Origin: Albugo candida
Lineage: Eukaryota
Reading direction: 5' to 3'
Assembly (NCBI GenBank): GCA_040437565.1
Contig: JBDOQK010000063.1
Location: 62,001-126,000 of the forward strand
Length of the DNA stretch: 64,000 nucleotides
Shown here: one piece after another, positions 35,569-45,999 of the stretch
How positions within the stretch are numbered: position 1 is the stretch's first letter
Layout: the number at the start of each line of letters is the position of its first letter
Program-made: the position numbers and the translations under genes
Notes under the pieces: model-generated
Database searches by the model: none
What the model was told of the DNA's origin: nothing
Seen by the model: the letters and a program-made list of their open reading frames with translations, nothing else

Positions 35569-36709
35569 TACTGTGGATGTTAGCAAACGCAAATGCTAGA
35601 ATTATATGGGGAAGCTGACTGCAAATCCAATATAAATTGGTGTACTTCTGTAGTAACAGAGTAATGCGAATTAAATAGCACTGTACCGACCTTTTTATGC
35701 ATGCACGAGAGGACATGAATAGTGTCAAATATCCGAAAAAATTTCCTTTCGTTCAAGGACTACATTACAGAATTAATGGATGCTGGTTTGTACGCTATAT
35801 TGAACGCTATTTCACTTTCTTGTGCGGTTATTTTGTTTTGTGAAAAGTACGTTTTTGTATTCTTCATTGCTTTGATAGGCACATTCTATTCTCATCATCC
35901 ATGTGACGGTAATCAAAAGATTGACTTGAAAAGCTGACATTGTAGATCTCTAGATGATATATGCGTTTGGTGTGTGTACGTGGTGTAATGACGCTTGAAC
36001 CAAAATTGGTCCTTCTAGCATGTTGCTACGTTGATGCGCATTCTCAATAACTCTTTCAGGTACTTTCTTCTAGCCCATTCTAGCATCCAGGTGAGGACAC
36101 CAGAAATGGACTGAAAATAGCATCAAGAAAAATCAATCAACCTGCTCCTCGTACGATTTTCAGAGTCCGTCAAAGTGATACCTTTAGATGAAAGAATAAA
36201 TAGCGTTGCAATTCACTAAGAAAGTTGCGAGTCCTGAAAACTACATCCTGAGAATATTTTCAAGCCAGGTAAAGTTGGAAGAGATAAGCGAAGCCCAGTA
36301 GTAGCCTAAACGCCCACTTCTCTTATAATTCGATTTATTTCTCGCTAGCGTGATCGGAACCTTGAGTGAAATTAGGTTTATACCAATATTCGAACCACAA
36401 GCCAGTCAATTGGTTTCATATCGGTCGTTAAAGCTTTAGCTTGGTCGTAACGAAGGAGGTTATCGAGCAAGAAAAGGGGAACACCTCACTTCTCTCTGGC
36501 CGTTTCTTTGCTATCTCATTGCTTATTTCAGCATTTACAGCTGATAAAAACTCTTTAGATTCATGAGTAGTCGTCCCTCATTTATTTGTTCGCATTAGCA
36601 ATAAATTGCCATGATTTCGAATAGGTATTAATATCCCACCACCGCAATGATTATAGCCAATGCATATCCCCGTGGTGAAGGGAGAACCTCGTTTATGCCA
36701 GAAAAACAA

Positions 36710-38842
36710 ATGGTTACGAGAACCTGCTTTTGTTTGCTTTTGCTTATGCTCCTCACTGATCAAACAAATGGAAGAGATGGACGGAACTGGAAATCGGTTA
36801 TTTCTTTCACTGGTCTGTTGGAAGCAACTGACGTCAACTTTGAAAATTGTCATACGTGTCTTATAAATAATGTTGGTGTCGATCGAATCGTTCCTATCTC
36901 GAATGAGTTAAATACACGTATCTATTTGATCAAAGGCCCCATAAGGATGCTTGAAACCATTTTGATACATTGTAACAACCGAGATAGCTGCGTCTTGCAA
37001 ACCGATATCAGAAAATATTCGTCTTTTTATAAGCCTATCTCGAACATCCCGATACTCGAATACAGCATCGCTCAATTTTCAAATTCGATGGAGCACTTGT
37101 TGCGGAAAATAATAAAAGGCAAAGAAATAGATACAGGAATACTAAGTACGAATTTTCATGAACAGTACGAGATTTTGTATGTCGACGAAATTCAACTAGT
37201 ATATCCTAAACCGATGAGCAAATCCAGAAGTAAAGGCAAATTGCTTGCAGAAGAAAAAAACCTGCTCTCAGAATTTTCGTCTGATAAAAAGCTATGGCTT
37301 GGAGAATCTATCACAGAAACGGAAGCAAACAAAGATACCCCACTTGTTCAGAAAAGTAGTACACGTTGCTTCTACTCACAAGTTGCTTCTTTCCCATGCG
37401 AAAAATGCTTGGCGATTTATAGTTCATCTTATGGAGTTCGCGCATACAAATTGAAAAGCGCTGCACGAGATGTACACACTCTCTATGTATTCTCGACAGC
37501 ATATAGCGCTCTCATGATACAGAGCGAGTGCAGCACCGACTTTTGTGGAATATTGGAACGGGTTTCTGCACCAGCTTGTGAGAGTCTAGATCGCATGTTT
37601 CCGAATGACAGTAAGACATTGCATAATGTTGGCACATTAGTCAAGAAATACGTCACCGGAACTTATTCCACATCGCGTCGTAGCTTTCATCTCCATTCAA
37701 GTTTCCATGGTATTATCTCATCTCAGCAAGATATCAAGCTGAGGTACATGATGTCACAGCGTGAATTTGAAAGTTCGTCAAGAAGCGACGCTGAAAATGA
37801 TAAGAAGAAAAGTCGTGAAATACTAAATTTGGAAGGCTTTTTGATGCGGGAGAACTGGTCATGTGCATACCTAATCCCTCCCCAATCGGAACGCGCTCAT
37901 CTGTTGAATTGCTTATTCAAAAAAGTGACTGGGAGCAACGGGGTCTTGCTCATGACTAGTGTCTCTGTGACAAAGCTAATAGTTATATTTGACTCCACCG
38001 TCGTCAAGAAAACTGTATTCGAAGCGTGCAATGCAGTGGCAAGTTTGAAAAATTATATGTACCCAGCCGCAAGCCAAGCACAATGTGATAACTACTTAAA
38101 TCTATACCAGACCAGCCCAAGCGTGTATCCAGAGCTGTTGAAATTAAAGGATGTGACTCCAGAGAAAAAAACTTGTCTGTATACTCGCCATAGGTTGAAG
38201 TATCACGAATTCTGTATCGAGTGTGTGGAGAAACATTTTCGCCCAGTCAGTGCTGGATGGGAGTCGTCACACCAAACAATCTCGTATCTTTGGTGGAGTA
38301 TACGCGACCTTACGAACTGGAACGCAATAGATCATGTACGGAACGTCTGTCTTCACAAAGCAGGAAAATGTGCACGTATGAGTCTACTTCCCAAATTGAT
38401 CTGCTCGGAGCACGAGCAGTATTCAAAGGAGAAGAGAGAAATTTTAGTAATACAAGAGCAGGAATTGGTAGTCTTTGACCGAGTAACGGCTGGTCTGTGG
38501 CCTCCTACCCATGCAGCTTTAAATTCTCGTGGGAAGTTTGATGGCCGGGATGTCCTTCTGGTCATATTCGAAGCAATTGAAACACTAGACTGCTTGAACT
38601 GCATGATGGTTCGCACAGAGGTGTTTTTTCTTCACGCTCCAATAAAGAATCGCTTTGGTTATCTATGGATGACTCAGACTCACGCTAAATTGATTGATAT
38701 GTGCATTTCACTAAAGCTCTGCATAAATGCATGGTATCAGAAGGAAAGAAAACAGGCCGACATCTTCAAAGGTATGCGTCCCTGGAGTAAAAAAGAGATT
38801 ACACCACTCCACAACTATGGTAAGCAAAATGAACGAAGTTAA
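36710..38842 (+). CDS. Secreted CHxC/CCG-class Albugo effector candidate with several Cys modules
   Basis: Signal-peptide-like MVTRTCFCLLLLMLLTDQTNG, then CHTCLINNVG (36848-36877), which fits CHxC and CxxCxxxxxG about 47 aa from the Met. Intronless and located in a gene-sparse, TE-rich region. Confidence 0.88.
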   Translation: MVTRTCFCLLLLMLLTDQTNGRDGRNWKSVISFTGLLEATDVNFENCHTCLINNVGVDRIVPISNELNTRIYLIKGPIRMLETILIHCNNRDSCVLQTDIRKYSSFYKPISNIPILEYSIAQFSNSMEHLLRKIIKGKEIDTGILSTNFHEQYEILYVDEIQLVYPKPMSKSRSKGKLLAEEKNLLSEFSSDKKLWLGESITETEANKDTPLVQKSSTRCFYSQVASFPCEKCLAIYSSSYGVRAYKLKSAARDVHTLYVFSTAYSALMIQSECSTDFCGILERVSAPACESLDRMFPNDSKTLHNVGTLVKKYVTGTYSTSRRSFHLHSSFHGIISSQQDIKLRYMMSQREFESSSRSDAENDKKKSREILNLEGFLMRENWSCAYLIPPQSERAHLLNCLFKKVTGSNGVLLMTSVSVTKLIVIFDSTVVKKTVFEACNAVASLKNYMYPAASQAQCDNYLNLYQTSPSVYPELLKLKDVTPEKKTCLYTRHRLKYHEFCIECVEKHFRPVSAGWESSHQTISYLWWSIRDLTNWNAIDHVRNVCLHKAGKCARMSLLPKLICSEHEQYSKEKREILVIQEQELVVFDRVTAGLWPPTHAALNSRGKFDGRDVLLVIFEAIETLDCLNCMMVRTEVFFLHAPIKNRFGYLWMTQTHAKLIDMCISLKLCINAWYQKERKQADIFKGMRPWSKKEITPLHNYGKQNERS

Positions 38843-41499
38843 GAAGATACTTGAATGGATGAAGTAGTGATTCGCATGAAGAAATACTGTTTTTCCGGTT
38901 TTAACGAAATGTTTACGAAGAGTATTGTGACATGTCGCAATCACTATGTTTTCTTAAGTACCATTTCTGATGAATTCGACAAAGTAGTATGTGTTTCTTC
39001 AATTTCTGATTTTGGTTAGAGACGACAGCTCGCTTATCAAAACTGGGGCTCCTACATTAAGGCATCCTCTAAAGTCGTCAATTTGTAACTAAAAAGTACA
39101 GTAGTAGTTTTTCTACACCCTTGCAAATATTGTGATTTTTAGGAAGGGCTGGAAAAATAAATGGCGAGGGGCACGATGGGTGAGGGTAATGAGACTACGC
39201 TTTCAAAATTCATGATGTTACTTACCGTATATGTGATAACATGATGTTCAGTATGGACTTTCCAGCACCGCAGAAATCAAACCAGTCTTGACATCCAACG
39301 ATTGATTCCAGTCGAATCATGTACGGCCATTTCTGAAGCAAGAGAATGCTAATTTGGAATATACGAAAGTTTTTCTTAGTCATCTTCCTTCACTGAAGCA
39401 AGTGACTTGTCGAAGTCGTTTGCATTAGAAATGAACTAATTGTCGTCAAACTCTATGCGGTAAACATCGTTCTCGCCTGCAGAGTATTCAATTCTTTCGA
39501 TCTCGCATCTCACGTGCATCTCATAAAACAACTTCAAGTGGATGATTGAGACGATATAGCTATTAGACCCTGCTGGGTTGTTGATCGGCTAACAGCGGTT
39601 ACAATTTTCTTTTATTCATCCCAATCGTGCTAGCACTAAATCGGATCCAGTACAAACAAAATTGTGTGTATTGGAGCTCTTTATTGCGACTTGCTTGATA
39701 TCTGCGCTGCCACTGCTCTATGACAAATGCTTTGGATGGTTTGGAAATCAAATATAAGATAATGCAATGAGTCTATCTATGCCTACTCGAGAAAAAAGCA
39801 TCGCGGAGTTACCGGCTTCGTGTAACTTACTTGCAAGAAGGTCATATCCATATGATTCTAGATCCATTTACATTAGTTAAAAAAACGTAACGCAATGCCC
39901 CGAAAGATTAAATAGAAATTTGTGAGGATGAAGGCCGCAATTCCGGACCACAATGGTACTCAAAAAGCTGAAACATTCTATTCTTCAAATTTTAGCTACA
40001 GCAATTTTTCATATTTCGTTATCTTTGTGAAGATCCACTTGAGATTTTCTCGCATAGAAATCATTTGACGTAGCAATACATGGGTAGATACCAGCAAGAG
40101 AAATTATACGAAGAAAAATGTTTTCACATTCCAACTCACATATAAATCAAGATCCTCAACGCTGATGAAGTCTCTCAACAAATAATCGAAACTGATTCGT
40201 GTTTAATCATGTGCGATTACTAATACAAAGAAAAGCAAACGTTTAGTAGACGCAATTTTTGGAATTTTTGCGCTCTGGGTGGACCCGATGACTCCTATTT
40301 TGATCTATTCACCGCCTTAGATGTGGTACGATCAAAGAACATTTCGCTAATTTATAGTCAATCCTCAAAAGAAATGCTGTTACTGGTGAAAGAAGCGGGA
40401 TCCTCGAATATTGAAGAAGAGACTTTTCAAGACGATAAGAAGCTGCCTTTTGTATATCCTTTGAAGCCTAGAACATTAAAGATCGTTCCGATATTGCCTG
40501 TTTGAGCCAAATATTAACGTGACTGCGACAATCTGTAAGAATTGGAAAAAAAAAGATTGCATTGCGCGCTAGATATTCATTAATGTCGCACTAGCTTTGG
40601 CCGAAACCTTTCGCATCTCTTCGAGTTTGTTGACTTCACGGTTGAGGTTGCGACTTGTAGGAATCTCATCTGTAGCTATAATGTCGAATATGCAAGGTGT
40701 GATGTACCCTTCGACTGAGAAAGATTTTTTGATGCGTGAAAACAACGATCTTACGAGCGGGTACAGCCAAGTGTCGTGGCGATAGCGTCGCATTGACACA
40801 TCACCAAAGATGTCGTTCAATACTCGTGAATAAAACGTTGCTGAGATACAGTATCAGCTGGATTAGTAGAAGGATTGCAACGACAGCACCCACATTTCCT
40901 GTTCAAAAGATGTCAAGTGCAACTTACCAAAGAAAAATAATTTCTTTGAATCTTCACGTGTTGTGTACCCGTACAAATCGGATGACTGCCACATAATAAT
41001 TGCAACGATTCTCTCAGTACGGACGGTCCGAGCGAGGCCTAGGCCAATGTGGCTAACGGACGATAACAGCGCGCATGAACAAAAAAACGATTTCAATATC
41101 TGCAACTTGCCTGCTATTCCAAAGGTTCTGTTCACAGCCTAATCGATCAAGTAAGGCCATTGTGCAAAGATCAGTATAGGAGGGCTCCTGCTTCGAACCG
41201 CGTATTTTTAACAGGAAGAAAGGAGTACGGTGTTAAAACTTAATAAACGGGTGGCCGCCCCAGCTCAGTTGAAGGTGTCTATATTACTAGACTTAGACGA
41301 ACTGACTTCTCTTGTTGCCTAGGCTGTTTTAAACTACAAATATACATATAAAAGGGAATATAAAAAAGTATATCAAGGCTGTATACAACACGTACGGATA
41401 TACACATGCGTAGGATTATACCGAGGAAAACCCAGTCTTGGATTTAAAACCTCTGATCAATAATGCACTATGTAGTAAGGATAATGAAGCATACAATTA

Positions 41500-43070
41500 C
41501 GCGTCCCTTATTGCACAAGTCCTGCGATTATGGCCAAATTGGTTGCACATTCCACATCTCGTTCGCTTGACCGTCACGTAACGTTCGATCCCCATCAAGC
41601 AGTCGATGATAGGAAGTCCGAATTCCCTTCAACACGCTTCTTACCGAATCCACGTTTTCTGATGTCAAAGTGATGTATTCTGGACATGATGAGTAACCTA
41701 TTGACCAATATTCACGCTCAACCTCCTATAGGTACAACAGCACACTGCTGTTCTAACTTGTGATATTCGCTTTCCCCTTCTCGTACTTTCCGTTGTTCCT
41801 GAACGAGCCAATATCCACGCCAAATTCATCAACCACTTTTACTTGTATTTTTTTTAGAAATTCTCCATCAAATGCAGGAACAGAAAAAATGTGGGGCGTC
41901 GGGTGCCGATGTATGCATAGCTTTCTTAAAACCCTTGTCCCTATCCGATATCACGAATCCTGGAAATGGCTTGAGTTGAAGAAGTAGAACTTCAAAACCA
42001 GCTCCAGTTATCTTTATTCTCTAACGACACAAGCGCAAGTCCGATAATTTGGATCTCGTTGTTTCCATTTCGAAATCACGCAACAAGGAGGATCCCTCCG
42101 ATTGATGTCTTTACAAATGTGCCGTCCACGGATATCCCACGCTCACTGTATGACTTATATGCTTATAGTCNNNNNNNNNNNNNNNNNNNNNNNNNNNNNN
42201 NNNNNNNNNNNNNNNNNNNNNNNNNNNNNNNNNNNNNNNNNNNNNNNNNNNNNNNNNNNNNNNNNNNNNNCAAGCAGTCGATGATAGGAAGTCCGAATTC
42301 CCTTCAACACGCTTCTTACCGAATCCACGTTTTCTGATGTCAAAGTGATGTATTCTGGACATGATGAGTAACCTATTGACCAATATTCACGCTCAACCTC
42401 CTATAGGTACAACAGCACACTGCTGTTCTAACTTGTGATATTCGCTTTCCCCTTCTCGTACTTTCCGTTGTTCCTGAACGAGCCAATATCCACGCCAAAT
42501 TCATCAACCACTTTTACTTGTATTTTTTTTAGAAATTCTCCATCAAATGCAGGAACAGAAAAAATGTGGGGCGTCGGGTGCCGATGTATGCATAGCTTTC
42601 TTAAAACCCTTGTCCCTATCCGATATCACGAATCCTGGAAATGGCTTGAGTTGAAGAAGTAGAACTTCAAAACCAGCTCCAGTTATCTTTATTCTCTAAC
42701 GACACAAGCGCAAGTCCGATAATTTGGATCTCGTTGTTTCCATTTCGAAATCACGCAACAAGGAGGATCCCTCCGATTGATGTCTTTACAAATGTGCCGT
42801 CCACGGATATCCCACGCTCACTGTATGACTTATATGCTTATAGTCCTTCCCAGAGAATGATACTCAACCGTATGATTTCATCATTTACGTTATCAAGCTT
42901 CGCTTCGTGGCCTCAAAGGTTTAGTCCAGCCATGTAGGATAGAATGATGCTGTATTGCTAAATATCACTTCCTTATACTTCAAGCTTCAAAATTTGGAGT
43001 TCGTGAGCACAGTGCATGTATGTGGTGGAATTCGCTTGGTTTGTATCAACACCAATCACTTTCCTACCGG
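41500..43070 (-). mobile_element. Mutator-like (MULE) transposase remnant
   Basis: GISVDGTFVKTSIGGILLVA*FRNGNNEIQIIGLALVSLENKDNWSWF, FVISDRDKGFKKAM...PDAPHFFC and a C-terminal zinc knuckle RCGMCNQFGHNRRTC (about 41515-41562). Stops and frameshifts are present. 42271-42845 repeats 41596-42170 across a gap. Confidence 0.9.
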
Positions 43071-43547
43071 AGATTATGGCCATATCTCTGACTGCAACAC
43101 TTGAAGTAGTTTGTTGTTTATCGACGAGACGCTTTTAGCGATTAGGATACTTGACATGCGTGCAAAGAAAACTTTGTTGAAGGGATGATTGTCTGCGAAA
43201 AGGAAAACTGCACAGCAAAGATAAGTCATGTTGTATGCACACTGCTTTATAACGCTTGTCACTTGATACCACACGAAACGGACGATTACATTCTCGGTTT
43301 TACCTAATTACTGCTTAAATTATGTCCCTTTTATTGGCATGATTCCTGCTGCTAATTTGTGTCGTCGCTTCACATTGCTGATATTGAACTGTGCAATGTG
43401 TATATCCGTACGTATAGTATATGGGCTTGGTATATATTTTTTATTCATTTATCAAATAAGTATGCTGTTTTTATGATCCCATATAAAAACCCTTTCGTGA
43501 ATATACCTGTGAGAGATGATAATATTGCTTCTCGGTTATAATCCCGT

Positions 43548-43920
43548 ATTGATGTAGCCTCAGCCACCTTTATACGAGATTGAGTCCAGCTTGTAAATGC
43601 TGTAAAGTTGTAAAGTTGCAAAGCTGCAAAAATGGTCCAAAAGTACCGTGATTTGCGATTTGGTGTGCGCCACACTACGGTGAGCAGAACCAGCCAACTA
43701 GGACTAGGATCTGAGTTGCACTTGCATTTTGACTTGTCTGTGACGTACCCGCAGTAATGATCTTCGGCTTCTGAAAAATCCACCAAATGTTCCTTGCGTT
43801 GCGAGTTGCTCCAGCACCTTTGCAAGCCGAATGCGTTCCTCGTGGTCGTAACACTGTCTTCGAAAGTACCGAACGTGCGCACTAAACGTGGTGTAGATCA
43901 CGGAAAGTGCTGGAACTGTC
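43548..43920 (-). mobile_element. 3' end of a LINE-type retrotransposon running out of a gap
   Basis: VPALSVIYTTFSAHVRYFRRQCYD aligns with PAVSVIYNIFSTHI.NF.RQLYE at the end of the LINE remnant at 48826-48895. Both tails contain CTACATCAA. Confidence 0.65.
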
Positions 43921-44027
43921 NNNNNNNNNNNNNNNNNNNNNNNNNNNNNNNNNNNNNNNNNNNNNNNNNNNNNNNNNNNNNNNNNNNNNNNNNNNNNNNN
44001 NNNNNNNNNNNNNNNNNNNNCGCCCGT

Positions 44028-44322
44028 AGTACTTTTATTTAGACACCTTTCTGTTACTACAGTTTGGTGGTTATCTACTCTATTCTGATCACTAGTATGT
44101 AACGCTCTGAAGAGCCCGGTCCAACTCCTGTACAGTTATTTTCTAGTGTAGTTGTCAGCGGTCTTGACACGTCCATATCTTCATTGAGCAGGTTGATATT
44201 TACGTGAAGGAATCTTTGCCTCCGCCGAGGGGCCCTATCGCAGCCCTTTTGCCACAGCCGGGATTCGAACCGGGGTACACACGGTCGGAACACATGTGTA
44301 CTATCCGCTAGGCCCCCCAACG
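44028..44322 (-). mobile_element. Putative tRNA-derived SINE
   Basis: The minus-strand head GGCCTAGCGGATAGTAC...CCCCGGTTCGAATCCCGGCTGTGGCA has A- and B-box spacing like a tRNA but an unpaired acceptor stem. It is followed by a roughly 200-nt body and a tail AAAGGTGTCTAAATAAAAGTACT. Confidence 0.55.
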
Positions 44323-44327
44323 GGGTT

Positions 44328-44410
44328 CCGTACCCAGCTCGGTCGGTTAACCAGTTGAGCGCACGGACCCCGTACCGGAGGTCGTTAGTTCGATCCCCGG
44401 CAGTGTGGGC
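44328..44410 (+). other. Degenerate tRNA-like sequence (pseudo-tRNA or SINE head)
   Basis: GCTC-GGTCGGTTAACCAGTT-GAGC D arm, AGGTC variable loop and GTTCGATCCC T-loop/B box. The T and acceptor stems do not pair, so it is not a functional tRNA. Confidence 0.5.
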
Positions 44411-44837
44411 AGCGGTATGAGCCCCTCCAAGCAATAGGCTTGGAAAATATCTGCCTCCCTAGGTTTGAAGTCAGGCTCAAGTGATATTCACACGGTCAGG
44501 GGCTCACGATAGGATAAGGAAGTTAGTCAAAAAAACAGATAAACAGTGTAATGAAATCCTTGACAGCCCAAAAATCTCGAGATTATACCGAGTGGCTGTA
44601 GTGAAAGCGAAATGATGTCACCACAATTGTTGAACTCTTCCCAGGAAATCGTTCAATGTACTAAACGTGTACTCATTGTACGATAGAACGGAGGGTCCGA
44701 AATTTTATGGTATGGTTAAATTCTCAGTCTCGCAAATTAGCCAATCATATCGAAACGTTTCGAGCATTTGTCAATCAAATCAAACTGAGGGGAGTTTTTT
44801 ATAAGCACTGAGGGGATTACAACGGTTCCCTTATTTT

Positions 44838-45767
44838 AGGGAATTGCTTTCCGCCCAACTTTTTGCTATTTCCACCCACCACGTGGCTTTTTGACCAATC
44901 AGATCAGCGGCGGTATTTCCACCCAGCTTTTTACTTTCTCCACCCACCTTTTTGTGCTAGGGGCCCTTCTCTCATTAGTGTTGATTGGTAGACCACCCCT
45001 GCATGCATGTAATCTGCTATAGACGGAATTACTTCAAGAGTCTTTAAAATCGGCTATATGTGTTGCATTGGTAAGAGATAACGTAGAGTATACTTTTCAG
45101 TACAGAGAATTTCTCTGCTTGGAAGCTTTCGCAAAAATGCACTCGATTACACCACAGGGCCCTTCGGAATGAGGGCGATGCAAACGAACGGTGTAGCGGT
45201 ATAAAGATGCCAAGCTCACTGAAAACAGCTATGTGCAACATCTATAAACGATGCGCATCCCATCACAGTAGAACCGCTGGGTGTCTGTGCGCTGGAGAAC
45301 CGTCTTGTACAAGTTACAAATGTATTTTCCCCACAGCTTTTTTTCCAATTATATCATGCATAGTTAAATTATTACTCCCACAACTTTCTGCTTAGTTTAT
45401 TTTTTGCTCGCGTCAAAAGAAATACGGCAAAAGATCGCTGTCGTTATCAGTTCATTGTCAGACCAGAATGAACGTACTTTCAACGTCCAAAGCCTTGCTT
45501 GCAAGATGTAGTATTCAGACGACAGATGATGGCGATCCGGAAATGCGTACTTTACTGTTTGTAAACGACGAGGTAGAACGAAAAGCATGAGAAGGTTGGC
45601 CGGTCTAGAATTGGGATCATAGAAAGGTGTGCAACTATGAGTTCTGATACCTTTTAATCGGCATGCAGGACTGTGAAAGTGTAGCCATATCTTCAAACAG
45701 TGGGGTCCAAATACAGCCGTAATCTGATTGGTCAGATAGCCACATGGTGGGTGGAAATGGCAACCCT
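44838..45767. mobile_element. Non-autonomous TIR DNA element (MITE-like), about 930 bp
   Basis: Ends are AGGG...CCCT. The block at about 44864-44925 (ttgctatttccacccaccacgtggctttttgaccaatcagat) is the inverse of about 45702-45763. Subterminal TCCACCCA repeats are present. Flanks cttatttt (44830-37) and cttattta (45768-75) match at 7/8. No transposase ORF. Confidence 0.7.
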
Positions 45768-45999
45768 CTTATTTATTGGAAAAGAAAATTTATCGTCATA
45801 TGCCAAAACGAATATCGGTTTTGAAGTGACTTTTCAAATTTTGTGCTTTGAATGCTTGGCGTCAGCATCATACTAAAGAAGTAGTCCTTACTGACCCTGG
45901 ACTACTAGATCCTTTTGTTGTCATCTCTTTACCGATCAAGTGAAAAGGATTTCAGCTAGGTTTTTCGTACACTTTCACTACCTCAGACGGGTGTCCTCT

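Noticed and set aside
41412-43545. Candidate TIRs for the MULE remnant (ggattataccgag / ctcggttataatcc)
   Set aside because: Only about 13 bp with an indel, no 9-bp TSD, and a similar word recurs near 44580. Not enough to define the ends.
44250-44410. Functional tRNA genes
   Set aside because: Acceptor stems do not pair and the T stems are mismatched. Kept only as tRNA-derived sequence.
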